Shown here piece after piece: positions 36,502 through 46,364 of a stretch of 64,000 nucleotides of DNA (positions within the stretch are counted from its first letter, which is position 1; each line of letters opens with the position of its first letter). Location of the stretch: NCBI GenBank assembly GCA_964652235.1, contig CAZZDK010000002.1, forward strand, positions 38,675 through 102,674. Reading direction: 5' to 3'. Below the pieces are notes generated by a model that was not told where the DNA came from, did not search any database, and worked only from the letters and a program-made list of their open reading frames with translations. A program made the position numbers and the translations under genes. This DNA comes from an uncultured Rhodospirillaceae bacterium. Lineage in GTDB: Bacteria > Pseudomonadota > Alphaproteobacteria > UBA9219.

Positions 36502-36959
36502 TGGTAGCCTCCCGCTTTTCTGTCCTCGATTTCCTCATCAAGGTATTTCAGCACCAGATCAGCCAGCTGCTCGTTCGAAGCCTCCGCATAGAACAACCAT
36601 TGCTTCCGGCGCGTCTTACGCTGCTGGAGGCGATCATAAAATTGAATCAGAGTTTCCCGATCTTCGGGCAGCTGCGTTTCTTCGCGCTTTTGTAGTTCCT
36701 CAATGTGCATGTTGAGTGCTGCGTCAACCTTCGTTGCCCACTTGTCTTCGGCAAGGGCGAGGTCCTGTGCAGGAAATGTCTGTTTCAGGTGCAGATTGCA
36801 AAACTCGTCCATGAGTTTCGCAAGGGCGACAATTTTCTGAGTGGCTTCTTTCGATTTGGCGTTCTCGCCCTGTGAAATCATGCTCTGAAACGCCAGCATA
36901 AGGCAAAGGCGCGCGGGAAGATTATCATGCGTCATGGTTGCGTCCCCGCTTGTTATCAT
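36498..36959 (-). CDS. Hypothetical protein
   Basis: ORF only. Confidence 0.3.
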   Translation of the reverse strand: MITSGDATMTHDNLPARLCLMLAFQSMISQGENAKSKEATQKIVALAKLMDEFCNLHLKQTFPAQDLALAEDKWATKVDAALNMHIEELQKREETQLPEDRETLIQFYDRLQQRKTRRKQWLFYAEASNEQLADLVLKYLDEEIEDRKAGGYQ

Positions 36960-37254
36960 TCGACCACAGCCCGATTAGCACCTTGGCCAACCGTCCAAGG
37001 AGGTTCAGGTCTTCTTCGGATGGATCTGGCAGAGGCGTGTTGGCACAGCGAAGGAATGTTATGCCGTGGCTTGTTATCGTCTGCATAAACTCCGTGCGGG
37101 CTTCGTCGGAAGAAAAGTTATCCTGAATCACGACGCCAACGGTGGGATCTGGATACGCGGATGAGAGCGTTTCGACATTCTGTGTATCGTTCATGAGCAG
37201 AGCCGATGTCTTCATTGTGCGCTTCATAAGAACCCCGTTGATTGCGTCCAACAC
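36925..37254 (-). CDS. Hypothetical protein (first gene of long leftward operon)
   Basis: ORF only. Confidence 0.3.
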   Translation of the reverse strand: MLDAINGVLMKRTMKTSALLMNDTQNVETLSSAYPDPTVGVVIQDNFSSDEARTEFMQTITSHGITFLRCANTPLPDPSEEDLNLLGRLAKVLIGLWSNDNKRGRNHDA

Positions 37255-37417
37255 ATGAGTTCAAATGCCGTAATTCCGCGCACAGAAACCACAGCTATTT
37301 TTTCCGCTTTTCTCCCTATAACGGGGAGTTTTTAGGCAAATTCAGATGGGTTCCCGTTTTTCTGCCAGTTGCAGGGAGTTTTCCATCCAAGCCTCCCTTG
37401 ATAGGGGAGGCTTTTGA

Positions 37418-37449
37418 CAAAAAAATACGCGCCAATTTGCGATTGGCGC
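37418..37449 (-). terminator. Rho-independent terminator for gene 37477..38145
   Basis: Minus-strand hairpin GCGCCAAT-CGCAA-ATTGGCGC followed by TATTTTTTT; an adjacent second hairpin GCCTCCC-TTGATAG-GGGAGGC + TTTT (37391-37415) reads as a plus-strand terminator. Confidence 0.5.
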
Positions 37450-37476
37450 GTTAGGTCTTCGGGGGAAGAAATTGAT

Positions 37477-38145
37477 TTAAGTTCGTTCTTTGCTTTCAAT
37501 AGTTAGAGGCAAAGCATTGTCCCACATTTCCGAAAAATGGGCTCTCTCGTTAAGCGAAATGTCAGTAGAGGTTATAACATAATACCAAAATTCATTACTG
37601 CTTGTCATAAAAATGAAGGCATGTTTGTTTCCACATTGCAGGGTCGACCAAATGCCGACAGTCGGCATAGCGGTCGCTCTCATCTGAATACTCGGCACAA
37701 CGAGTGAAGAATTGCGCGCATCCGTCAAAAGACATCTGACGTCGGCATATTTGCTCAGGTTCGTCAACCGTTCAAGATTGGCGTGATTAGCGACGCCAAG
37801 CGAAGCGGCCATCTGCTCAGCTGTTTTATATATGGCAAGCATTTCCCCGCCGTGTTCTTTGGCGGCGACGAGCATGTCTTCATAGAATTGCTCTGTTCCT
37901 TCGGGGCCGCTGTATTTCTTGGCTTCGTGGTTATTGAGAACAACGCCGCGTGTGCCAACGAACTCCACACCTTTCTTTTCAAGGCTTCTACGGATTTCGA
38001 CTAGCCGCGCCAACGAAATCTTTTCACCTTTCTCGAATTTGGCGACTGTTTTAGGCGAGACACATGAGGCCAAGGCCAAATCGTCTCGCGTCCAGTCCAG
38101 CAAACTGCGCGCCGCTTTAATTTGCCCGGGGCTAATTGCGTACAT
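37477..38145 (-). CDS. HTH regulator with C-terminal domain of unknown function (paralog of 39013..39663)
   Basis: N-terminal HTH QIKAARSLLDWTRDDLALASCVSPKTVAKFEKG; shared GGEML motif with paralog. Confidence 0.5.
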   Translation of the reverse strand: MYAISPGQIKAARSLLDWTRDDLALASCVSPKTVAKFEKGEKISLARLVEIRRSLEKKGVEFVGTRGVVLNNHEAKKYSGPEGTEQFYEDMLVAAKEHGGEMLAIYKTAEQMAASLGVANHANLERLTNLSKYADVRCLLTDARNSSLVVPSIQMRATAMPTVGIWSTLQCGNKHAFIFMTSSNEFWYYVITSTDISLNERAHFSEMWDNALPLTIESKERT

Positions 38146-38167
38146 TTCTTGCCTCTGTCCTTCAAAA

Positions 38168-38599
38168 TCAGTTCACTAATTTTTTCATTTCTAAATCGAC
38201 TAAGAATTCGATGGCGTTCTGGTAAAGCCGCGATGGCAGAGCTTTAACTTCACTTACATCGAAATGTGCTGTTAGAATCTCACAGACAGTCGTCTCATCA
38301 ACTTTTTGGTTGTAGGCTACATAAGTGATCATGCTGCAGATTGCTTGCATCTCTATGTCGTTCAATGGCTTTTCATGCGCCTTGCGTAGCGCGGCAAGAC
38401 CGGAGGTCAAGAGGCTCAGGTCCCTGACGGAAAGGTCTCTACATTCCGTAGCCTCGTTTGTGGTTTCGTTGGCGACGTTCATGGGGTGGGGCTTGTTGCT
38501 CATCGGTTGCTCCTTAAACAGTAGCCGTAGGAGCTGGGGCGGGATGGCAATTGACAAAATCATTGGTGGCGGAAATAAAATGTTCCCAGCGTTCTTCAA
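38168..38599 (-). CDS. Hypothetical protein, member of 3-copy paralog family
   Basis: C-terminal motif VCEILTAHFDVSEVKALPSRLYQNAIEFLVDL shared with 41211..41492 and 41571..41900. Confidence 0.35.
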   Translation of the reverse strand: MKNAGNILFPPPMILSIAIPPQLLRLLFKEQPMSNKPHPMNVANETTNEATECRDLSVRDLSLLTSGLAALRKAHEKPLNDIEMQAICSMITYVAYNQKVDETTVCEILTAHFDVSEVKALPSRLYQNAIEFLVDLEMKKLVN

Positions 38600-38708
38600 G
38601 CATCATTGGGCGTTCATGACGGACATTGTTGTCGCGTTCCCACATCTCGACAATATACTGGATCAGGCTCTCACTATGCTTCTTTGTAATCGTGTCGAAA
38701 TCGAGCAT

Positions 38709-39012
38709 TTTAATCTCCCCAATATGTCCTTATGATTGAAAGGCGCCCCACGCTTCTCGATTTCAAGCCGTCAAATGCAATTTCCTGAAACCGTATATGC
38801 AATGTAATTTGTTTCTAACCCGAAAGCAATACATTTCTCACCTAGTAAAGGTGGAAAATGCACTATATCATACCTAAAATAGGTTGATTCCTACCAAAAA
38901 AAGGTAGAGTCATCAAGAAAGCAATAAAATTACGAAAGCATTTTGCACCTTTTAATGGTGGAGAAAGTATTGTATGGTACGCTCATGATAGTCGATAAAG
39001 GATAAATTAACC
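38709..39012. promoter_or_regulatory. AT-rich divergent promoter/operator region
   Basis: Between leftward 38168..38708 genes and rightward 39013 HTH gene; contains adjacent hairpin-type sites TACCTAAAATAGGT and TACCAAAAAAAGGTA and three GCAATnnAnTT direct repeats. Confidence 0.4.
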
Positions 39013-39663
39013 ATGAAGCTAACTGGTCTCCAAATCGCCGCCGCCATTACACTATCAGGGCTAACAAGAGAAGCCTTGGCAAACGAGGCGGGCGTTGGCC
39101 GCAACACGATAGATAGAATTATCAACGAAACCGCTGCGTGCCGCGAAGATACAATACGCAAAATCACAGACATTCTTGAAGTACGCGGCATTGAGTTTTT
39201 GCCAGGCGAAGGCGTTCGCAAAAAAGAGCAAACTGTTACAACGCTTACTGGAGACGACTGCCTTCAAGAGCTTCTGTTGGATGTATACCGGACTCTGCAA
39301 GATAGGGGCGGCGAAATGCTTATCGCGCATTTGGACGAAGGAAGCGCAGCAAGAAGCTTAAAAAAAGAATTCTTGGATGAACAAATTCGCAAACGCAAGG
39401 TGGCAAATATAACTTGCCGCTTGCTCGTTCGAGCAGATGATCCGAATCTTATTCCCCCTTATGACACCTATCGGGCAATACCTGACGAGTCATTCTCTCC
39501 ATATCCGTTTTACATTTATGGATCGAAGTTAGCCCTTTTGTCTTGGAAGCCGGAGCCGCGCGTAATCATAATTGACGATCAGCGTTTTGCCCATAGTGCT
39601 GCAAAGCTATTTGATATTGCATGGAACACAGGTAAAGAAATCATTCGAAACGAGAAGAAATGA
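39013..39663 (+). CDS. HTH regulator (paralog of 37477..38145)
   Basis: N-terminal HTH LTREALANEAGVGRNTIDRIINE; stop overlaps downstream start (ATGA). Confidence 0.5.
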   Translation: MKLTGLQIAAAITLSGLTREALANEAGVGRNTIDRIINETAACREDTIRKITDILEVRGIEFLPGEGVRKKEQTVTTLTGDDCLQELLLDVYRTLQDRGGEMLIAHLDEGSAARSLKKEFLDEQIRKRKVANITCRLLVRADDPNLIPPYDTYRAIPDESFSPYPFYIYGSKLALLSWKPEPRVIIIDDQRFAHSAAKLFDIAWNTGKEIIRNEKK

Positions 39664-40700
39664 CAATGTTTTCAGCTTATATGCATGAACTTGATTTTGA
39701 AGAATGGCTCGAACAAAGCCAATATGTCGAGCGCATTAATGATGCCAATATTTCTCGCCTTACAAGACTTTTAGCCTCGGAGATAGACGTCGACAGTTAT
39801 GCGGTTTCTCCCGCATATTATGCCTATACAGGAAGACGGGGGCTGTGGCTTTATCATTATGACGGAACCTTTCTTCCGATGTGCTGGCATCCCAACGTCG
39901 AGGGGCAGATGTTAGTTTTCCCGCCGCGTGGGCAGAAGAATTACGCTGCAGTCACAGCGTTACTAAACGAAGCTCCCTCACCGCCGCGAGGATTTCTTCT
40001 AGCGAGATTTAAACCTCAAGAGATAGGCCAGCTTAAAACGCTTTATGCCTTTGTTAGCCGCGTATCTTTCGAGCCCATTGAGGAAGAGGTTCTCGATTGG
40101 CGTTATCCAGCGAGGATTTTATCCACACTTAATACCACTCAAATGCTTGGGCATGAATATATGCTTATCCGAAACCGCGTCCGCCAAACGAAGAAATATA
40201 CGGTGGATACAGAACGCCTTTCGCTCAAACATATTCCAGAGATTGAGCGTCTCGCTTTGCGCTGGGCCAACAAGCAAGCCGAGAACCCTGAAGAACTTAT
40301 CGATCTAGTTACCCCCTATAAAGAAACTTTGCGTCTCTACAAACAGAGAGAACTTGGGCTTGATGGCTTGGTGTTTATTGTCGACGGCCAGATTCAGGCG
40401 ACAACAATATGGGACATCTCAAACCCTGAACACAAGATAGCCAATCTGTATATGAACCTGTGTAATGTTTCCTATCGAGGGTTGTCTGAATTTTCAATCA
40501 AAGCAACGGCAGCAATATTGTGTGAAAAGGGCGTTCCGCTTCTCAATCTTGGAGGATCTGAAACGGCCAGCCTAGATCATTATAAAAATAAATTTTCGCC
40601 AGCCATAAGCGTTCATCTTTGCTCACTAGAGGCTGGTGTAGCTATGATGCCGAATATTGCTGGCACACTCCCTGTTGAAAAGGAGCTTAGAGTAGCTTAA
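39660..40700 (+). CDS. Enzyme-like protein of unknown function (possible GNAT/Fem-like or DUF2156-like fold)
   Basis: 346 aa translationally coupled to HTH gene; weak resemblance to acyl/aminoacyl-transferase folds; not confirmed. Confidence 0.25.
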   Translation: MTMFSAYMHELDFEEWLEQSQYVERINDANISRLTRLLASEIDVDSYAVSPAYYAYTGRRGLWLYHYDGTFLPMCWHPNVEGQMLVFPPRGQKNYAAVTALLNEAPSPPRGFLLARFKPQEIGQLKTLYAFVSRVSFEPIEEEVLDWRYPARILSTLNTTQMLGHEYMLIRNRVRQTKKYTVDTERLSLKHIPEIERLALRWANKQAENPEELIDLVTPYKETLRLYKQRELGLDGLVFIVDGQIQATTIWDISNPEHKIANLYMNLCNVSYRGLSEFSIKATAAILCEKGVPLLNLGGSETASLDHYKNKFSPAISVHLCSLEAGVAMMPNIAGTLPVEKELRVA

Positions 40701-41149
40701 TGCCAAAATTAAAACGATCCCAGCTCAAAGTCGGCAACACTATCGAGCCGGACGGGTTTCCTCCGGGCCGGATAGTAACGATTGAGAAATGCACACTTGA
40801 GAGCTTCATCGATGGAAAGCGGAAAAAGCGGTGGCCTTGTTGGACGGTTCGCACCGACGCTCCGCGACCTCTGCACAAATACCTTATTTGCGATCTCGGC
40901 AAAATAGACGGCCTCATTCTCTGGAGAAAGTCAGAGATAAAGTTTGCGCCTAAAGACGCAAAATTATGGGTTGAACGCAGCGGACTTGAGGAAATGGAGA
41001 ATATTACCGGCAATGGGCCAGATAGTTTTATCTATTCAATGCTTGTTTACATTCTTGATCACAAGAGCAAACAGCCTAGCAAATTCTATCTTATAGAAAG
41101 AATGCGTGATGCCAGAATCTTCCGGTACGAAGGATTTCGTGTTGGATAA
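40700..41149 (+). CDS. Hypothetical protein
   Basis: ORF only; start overlaps upstream stop. Confidence 0.3.
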   Translation: MPKLKRSQLKVGNTIEPDGFPPGRIVTIEKCTLESFIDGKRKKRWPCWTVRTDAPRPLHKYLICDLGKIDGLILWRKSEIKFAPKDAKLWVERSGLEEMENITGNGPDSFIYSMLVYILDHKSKQPSKFYLIERMRDARIFRYEGFRVG

Positions 41150-41210
41150 ATTCGCGGCCACATCGAAATGTTGCCTTCTTTGTTTGACGCGCATTATCGC
41201 GGCTCTAGCC

Positions 41211-41492
41211 TCAACTTTTTGCTGCAGCGCTTGACTTAACAATGCCCTCAAGAAACTTTGTCACAGCCCCAAGATCCTTTGCGGGGATATGGCTTAAATC
41301 GCCAACACCGAAAACCCGCTGGGTAATTTCAAAGATTTCCGCTTCCTCGCTTTTCATTTCGCCAGAAACCTGACGGATGAGCATGGAAAGCGTGTGCGCT
41401 TCCTTGGGAGTAAGCGTTCTGGTAAGCCCGCTACTTTGATTAGAATCTTTCGCCTTAAAGGGAAGAATATTTGATGTCGTATTTTCTTCCAT
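41211..41492 (-). CDS. Hypothetical protein, paralog family member
   Basis: C-terminal IFEITQRVFGVGDLSHIPAKDLGAVTKFLEGIV. Confidence 0.35.
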   Translation of the reverse strand: MEENTTSNILPFKAKDSNQSSGLTRTLTPKEAHTLSMLIRQVSGEMKSEEAEIFEITQRVFGVGDLSHIPAKDLGAVTKFLEGIVKSSAAAKS

Positions 41493-41570
41493 GCCATACC
41501 CTCTTTACAAAACGCCCCAATGCAACATCCCTATTGCACCGTTAATGCGGCCCGAATTCATTGTAAAGGC

Positions 41571-41900
41571 TCAGTTCTTTGTGTCGCTTGAGCCCGTAAA
41601 GTCAACAAGAAAGCCAATCAGGTCATTGAAGGCCGCCAAGGGTATGTCCTCAATTTTTGAGGCACCGAACGTCTTACATGTCATCTGAATAATTTCGGCC
41701 CCTTCGATTTTCAGATTGTAGGATAGATATGAGATCAATGCATAAGCGGCTTTGATTTCTTTCTCCCCTAGCTTTCTCGCAGGATCGCTGGCAAAGGTTG
41801 ATGCAGGGGTTCTTATCTCGCCCGGAATAGCGTCTGCAGAAAATTCTTTGCTCATTGCTGTATATCCTTTGCTGAAAAAGATTTTAACCAGCTGCCGCAT
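41571..41900 (-). CDS. Hypothetical protein, paralog family member
   Basis: C-terminal IIQMTCKTFGASKIEDIPLAAFNDLIGFLVDF. Confidence 0.35.
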   Translation of the reverse strand: MRQLVKIFFSKGYTAMSKEFSADAIPGEIRTPASTFASDPARKLGEKEIKAAYALISYLSYNLKIEGAEIIQMTCKTFGASKIEDIPLAAFNDLIGFLVDFTGSSDTKN

Positions 41901-42185
41901 TGTACCAGAAATGGGTGCCTTTCTTCAAAACTTGCATGGCCCACGGTCGTCCTAACATGAGTGCAGCATGAGAGCACTTTGGGAGCAAAGTATGGGTGCA
42001 AACCGATAACGATTTGAAAGTGAACGCAGAAAACCGAAGGGAAATGGAAAAAGCCTATACGGTTTTGCAAGGAAATGGCTAAAAATGGCGCGTTTGTGTC
42101 AGATAAAAACGAAAGTGGTTGCCATTGTCTGGGAATGCGCGTAAAAGGAGATTATCGTTCTAAATCAATGGGGTAATGCTTTTCC

Positions 42186-42230
42186 TTGGTAAGGACGGGG
42201 TCGTAGGTTCAATTCCTATCGGCAGCACCA
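42186..42230 (+). other. 3'-terminal fragment of a tRNA gene (T-arm GGTTCAATTCC + acceptor 3' strand + CCA); probable att-site remnant
   Basis: GTAGG-TTCAATT-CCTAT T-arm followed by CGGCAGC-A-CCA; no complementary 5' acceptor strand or D-arm upstream, so not an intact tRNA. Confidence 0.5.
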
Positions 42231-42402
42231 GTTTTACAATAAAATCAGTAAGCTTTCCCGAATGTTCCGATCACCTCATCGGCGCAAATATGCAGAACTT
42301 TGCAAGAACGTCGGCCAAAAGTGGGGGAAAAGTGGGGGAAGATAAAGAGATCCGAAAAAAGGCGGTACCCTTGCAGATACCGCCCCTTCCATACAAAAAC
42401 GT

Positions 42403-42681
42403 CTATCGGCTTGTTACTGCCCAAACAAGAGGTCCATCGCCTTTAGCCGCGTTGTTTTGCCAGTGCAGTGGTTGAAGGTTACTAATATGATCAGAACCGC
42501 CCAAATTTACAGGCCTTATATGATCAATTTCCCAACCAAACTCGCTTTCACGGTTTCCGTAGTCCGTCCTTTTAATCCATGCCCCGCAAATATCCTTGCG
42601 TAATCCTTGGATTTCCTTGTCCGGACCGACATAAGCCGCTTTCGCCCAAACTTGATTTACTTGTTCTTGAGTAAAGGCCAT
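42403..42681 (-). CDS. HNH endonuclease (92 aa)
   Basis: EIDHIRPVNLGGSDHISNLQPLHWQNN - HNH motif. Confidence 0.6.
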   Translation of the reverse strand: MAFTQEQVNQVWAKAAYVGPDKEIQGLRKDICGAWIKRTDYGNRESEFGWEIDHIRPVNLGGSDHISNLQPLHWQNNAAKGDGPLVWAVTSR

Positions 42682-42866
42682 GTTTTTTCTCCTTTCGTTG
42701 TAAGCGTCAAGAACAGCCGAAAAATCGGGAAGCCTTGTTCTTGACTGGACAAAAACAAAAGGAGGGACTAAACTATGCCTACCGCTAGGTTGGTGAAGCC
42801 CCTCCTTATTGAGGCTTCGTCAATAACGTAAAGCCGCGCATCCCTTATGGGGCGCGGCTTTATTTG

Positions 42867-43316
42867 TTAAGGAGACGAAGAATTTTTTTGTTTTTTCTTC
42901 CTTTCTTCTCCATCTGTTAAATCAATGATAATCCAGTTTTCCATGTGTCCTTCTTTTGCAGGATACATGGTGGTGTCTTTAGGCTTAATGTTGTAATATG
43001 ACAAAAAGCTCTTTCCAGCTATGTCGGCTCCAAACTTCCTTAAACGCAAATTAATCCCTCCTTCGGCATTCTTATCTTTTGAAAATTCAAAACCAATTCT
43101 TCCTTCTTCTTTATCATAGTACAGCGTACAAACCGCGTATTTTTCTAATGAAAAACGCCGCCTTGTGCCTTGATTAAATCCTATTAATCCGTTGCGACTA
43201 ATAGATATTTTTGGGGTAAAAGACCGTCCCCCGCCTGTAAATTTTTCAAAGCCCATGAGATTCTCCATTTCTGATATTGAAAGAATATTCATGATCGGAG
43301 AGTTTGTCAATAACAT
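42867..43316 (-). CDS. Hypothetical protein (AT-rich)
   Basis: ORF only; Lys-rich C-terminus. Confidence 0.3.
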   Translation of the reverse strand: MLLTNSPIMNILSISEMENLMGFEKFTGGGRSFTPKISISRNGLIGFNQGTRRRFSLEKYAVCTLYYDKEEGRIGFEFSKDKNAEGGINLRLRKFGADIAGKSFLSYYNIKPKDTTMYPAKEGHMENWIIIDLTDGEERKKKQKNSSSP

Positions 43317-43761
43317 TGTTGTATACTAAACCCAGTTATGGTTAAAAAACATTAACAAACTTATTGTGCGAACCATTTTCTATCTTACTTGTCATCACTC
43401 ACCAAGCCTCGGCAACCGTTTCCCCGCCTCCCTTACGACCTCAATATCCCTGACGTTCTCCCCATCTTCGGGGCAATTTGATTTAGAGTCTTTGGGATAA
43501 AATAGCCATGTCTGGGGCTAAGGGCAAACGGCAGGCTGCTCGACCGCAAGAGTCGAGAGCAGACTGGCGCGATAGGGACCTTATATCACTGGTCTAATTT
43601 TTGGGGGCAGCTCACTAACTCAATTTCTGAGCCCAGCACCTAATATTTTCTTAAAATTAAGGGCTAAGCGTGTTTTTTTGCCGGTTATACGGGCCAATTA
43701 TATATATTATGTTAATCTTGCCCTTGTACTTTCCAGAGAGAACTTTAGACAAAATCGGTCC

Positions 43762-45487
43762 TATGTCTCCACCCCCACCCCCTTTTTCGCCGGAAGACCT
43801 GATCGCCGCGTCGGGTCACGTGGGTTATCAATGGGATCTTAAGACGGACAGGATCGTCTGGGCCGGGGATTGGCGGCTGCTTTTCGGGGCCGCGCGCGCC
43901 GCTCCCCCCGGAAACGGTGAAGAACTGGCAGCGGTGCTTCTTCCCAGCGATTTGCACCTTATCTTCAACGATTTCTTGCCCTCTTTTGATCGCGAATACC
44001 GTTTCCGTTCCCCGGACGGCAAGCTTGTCTGGGTGCGTGAACACGGAACGACCGATTTTGAAGGCGGAAGGGCCGTCCGCCAGCAAGGCCTATTAAGGCC
44101 TATCGAATCCTCGGCCCAGCAACCGGTTCCCGCCTCTAGCCCAGACAGAGACCCCTTGACGGGCAGGCCCAATCGCGCCTGTATGCTCGATCTGATCGAC
44201 AAAATTCTTAAAGGCCCTCGCGACGTTCGCAACAAAAGCGCCTATCTCGTGGTCGGGATCGACAGCTTGGGCTTCGTCAACGAAGCGATGGGGACCAAGG
44301 CGGGCGACCGGCTAATCTGCGCCGTGGCCGACCGGCTTAACGAATTGTGTCCGACCCGCGCGCTTTTGGGACGCGTCGCGGGCGACTTTTTCGGCATTCT
44401 TCTGCCGGGGATGGGAACGGATGTGGACGCGCTGGCGCGATCCATTATCCTTTCCTTCCGAGACCGCGCCATTTCCACCCAGGAAGCCAGTCTTCATCTG
44501 TCCGTTTGCGTCGGCAGCCTTTCGCTCGCGCAGACCGTTACCGATGCCGCCGAAGCCATGATCCACGCCGAGCAGGCCCTTCTCGACGCGACGGCCAGGG
44601 GCCGCGGCCAGCACGTCGCCTATATCGAATCCGAACAAAGGGGCGAGCAAAATCGCGCCATCCTGAAAATCGGCGAGGCCGTCAAGCTCGCCCTTAAGGA
44701 CCACGGTCTGCGGCTCGCCTTTCAGCCCGTCGTCAACGCGCAAACGAACCATGTGGAGTTTTATGAGGTTTTGGCGCGGCTTTTCGACCGCGATGGCCAT
44801 TTGATGGTCGCGGCGGACTTTATACCGATCGTAGAGCAACTCGGTCTCGCCCCGGAATTCGATCGCCACGTTCTCGATATGTCCGTTCAGGAACTCGCCG
44901 CCTGCGACACGCTGAAGCTGGCCGTGAACATTTCGGGCCTGACCGCCGCTCTGCCCGATTGGCCGTGCTACGTCCAGAGCAAACTGGAGTCGCGGCCCGA
45001 CGTCGCCCGGCGCCTCATCATCGAGATTACCGAAAACGCCGCCGTTCTGGACATCGCGAAAATTGAATGCCTCGTGGATTCCCTGCGTCAACTGGGCAGC
45101 CAGGTTGCGTTGGACGATTTCGGCGCGGGATCGACATCCATCAAGCATTTAAGAAATTTGTCCCTGGCCATCATGAAGATTGACCGCGATCTTCTCTCAA
45201 ACATTTTGACAAGCCCGGAGCAGCAACACCTCGTTCGCATGATCACCAGCATGGCCCATGGGCTGGGCCTGCGCACCGTAGCGGAGGGCGTGGAAACAGA
45301 GGAAGTCGCGAAATGGCTGCGCGACGAGAAGGTAGATATGCTGCAAGGTTATCATCTGGGGCGGCCTTCGCTTGAACGCCCCTGGCGCGACGGGCCCGCG
45401 CTGAAAACCGCGACGGAGCCGAAGGAAAAAGAAAAGGCTTTCTCCCTCCAGGTTTCGTCGTCCGAAGGCAGTTCAGCCTGTTTTTGA
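43762..45487 (+). CDS. PAS-GGDEF-EAL signalling protein with degenerate GGDEF (AGDFF) and EAL (EVL) signature motifs
   Basis: GGDEF-domain region ...RVAGDFFGILLPG; EAL-domain motifs EVLARL, DDFGAGSTSI, conserved QPVV.., KIDRDL; start taken at ATG 43762 where GC content rises (ORF track 43670). Confidence 0.65.
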
Positions 45488-45596
45488 CAAAAACTTCTCT
45501 TCCGTTTTAGAATCCTTTTGCCGGGGTATCCCTTTTTGGGATTGAGAACAGACCCGTTGAACCTGATCTGGCTCATACCAGCGAAGGGAGCTTTTC

Positions 45597-46364
45597 ATGC
45601 AAACGCATCCGCGTTTTTTCTGCGCGCCGCCCGCGCCGCGCCGCATCGTCGCCGGGTTTTCCTACTTGCAGCGTATCGGCAAAGGCGCGCAAACGCGCGT
45701 CTGGTTTCCGCCGTCTTTGCAGGAGGACGCGATCGAATGGGCCGCCGTGCGGCAATTCGAGCTTTTTCAGGAAGCGGACAATCTTGTCATCGACGCGCTG
45801 GAGGTCTCGGAAATCAAACGTTCGTTCCAGGCCTGGGCGAAAATGCGTTCAGGCGGCTATCGCGTGACGATTCTGACGCTGGGCGCCTACGCGCCGCGCG
45901 CGGCAGAGGACGATCTTTATATCCTCGACCTTAAAATGCAGGAGGAAATCACGCGGCTGATTCATTTCCTTTATCTGAGCGAGCAGAGCGGTGCCGCCTC
46001 TTCTTTCCAGGAAGCCGCGCTTGAAAAAAATGATTGGCAGATGGAATCGGCCCTGCCCCACGTGGCTGAAGCGCTTGCGGTTCGCTCGCTTTTCAAGCCG
46101 GAAAAACAGCGGCTCGCGGAAAAGACTTTTTTTGAGATTCTGAAACGTCTTCCGCAGGACCGGATTTTGCATGAAATCGCCTTCGGCCTTTCCTTGCCGG
46201 ACGCCTCGAAGGAGAAAAATTGGGTTTACGTCGCCGGGGAAGAGCATCGCGCGGCCTCGTTCTTCGGTTCCTTGGGCGAAGTCATGGGCGAGCGTATTCA
46301 CGCGCATATGCGCGGCCATTATGATCGCTCCCGCCATTCTTTCGCGGCGTTAAAAGCGGCCTAG
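45597..46364 (+). CDS. Hypothetical protein
   Basis: 255-aa ORF, host-like GC. Confidence 0.4.
   Translation: MQTHPRFFCAPPAPRRIVAGFSYLQRIGKGAQTRVWFPPSLQEDAIEWAAVRQFELFQEADNLVIDALEVSEIKRSFQAWAKMRSGGYRVTILTLGAYAPRAAEDDLYILDLKMQEEITRLIHFLYLSEQSGAASSFQEAALEKNDWQMESALPHVAEALAVRSLFKPEKQRLAEKTFFEILKRLPQDRILHEIAFGLSLPDASKEKNWVYVAGEEHRAASFFGSLGEVMGERIHAHMRGHYDRSRHSFAALKAA

Noticed and set aside
42160-42240. Intact tRNA or tmRNA gene
   Set aside because: Only about 45 nt of tRNA-like 3' sequence (T-arm, acceptor 3' strand, CCA) is present. There is no complementary 5' acceptor strand or D-arm, and it is too short for tmRNA.
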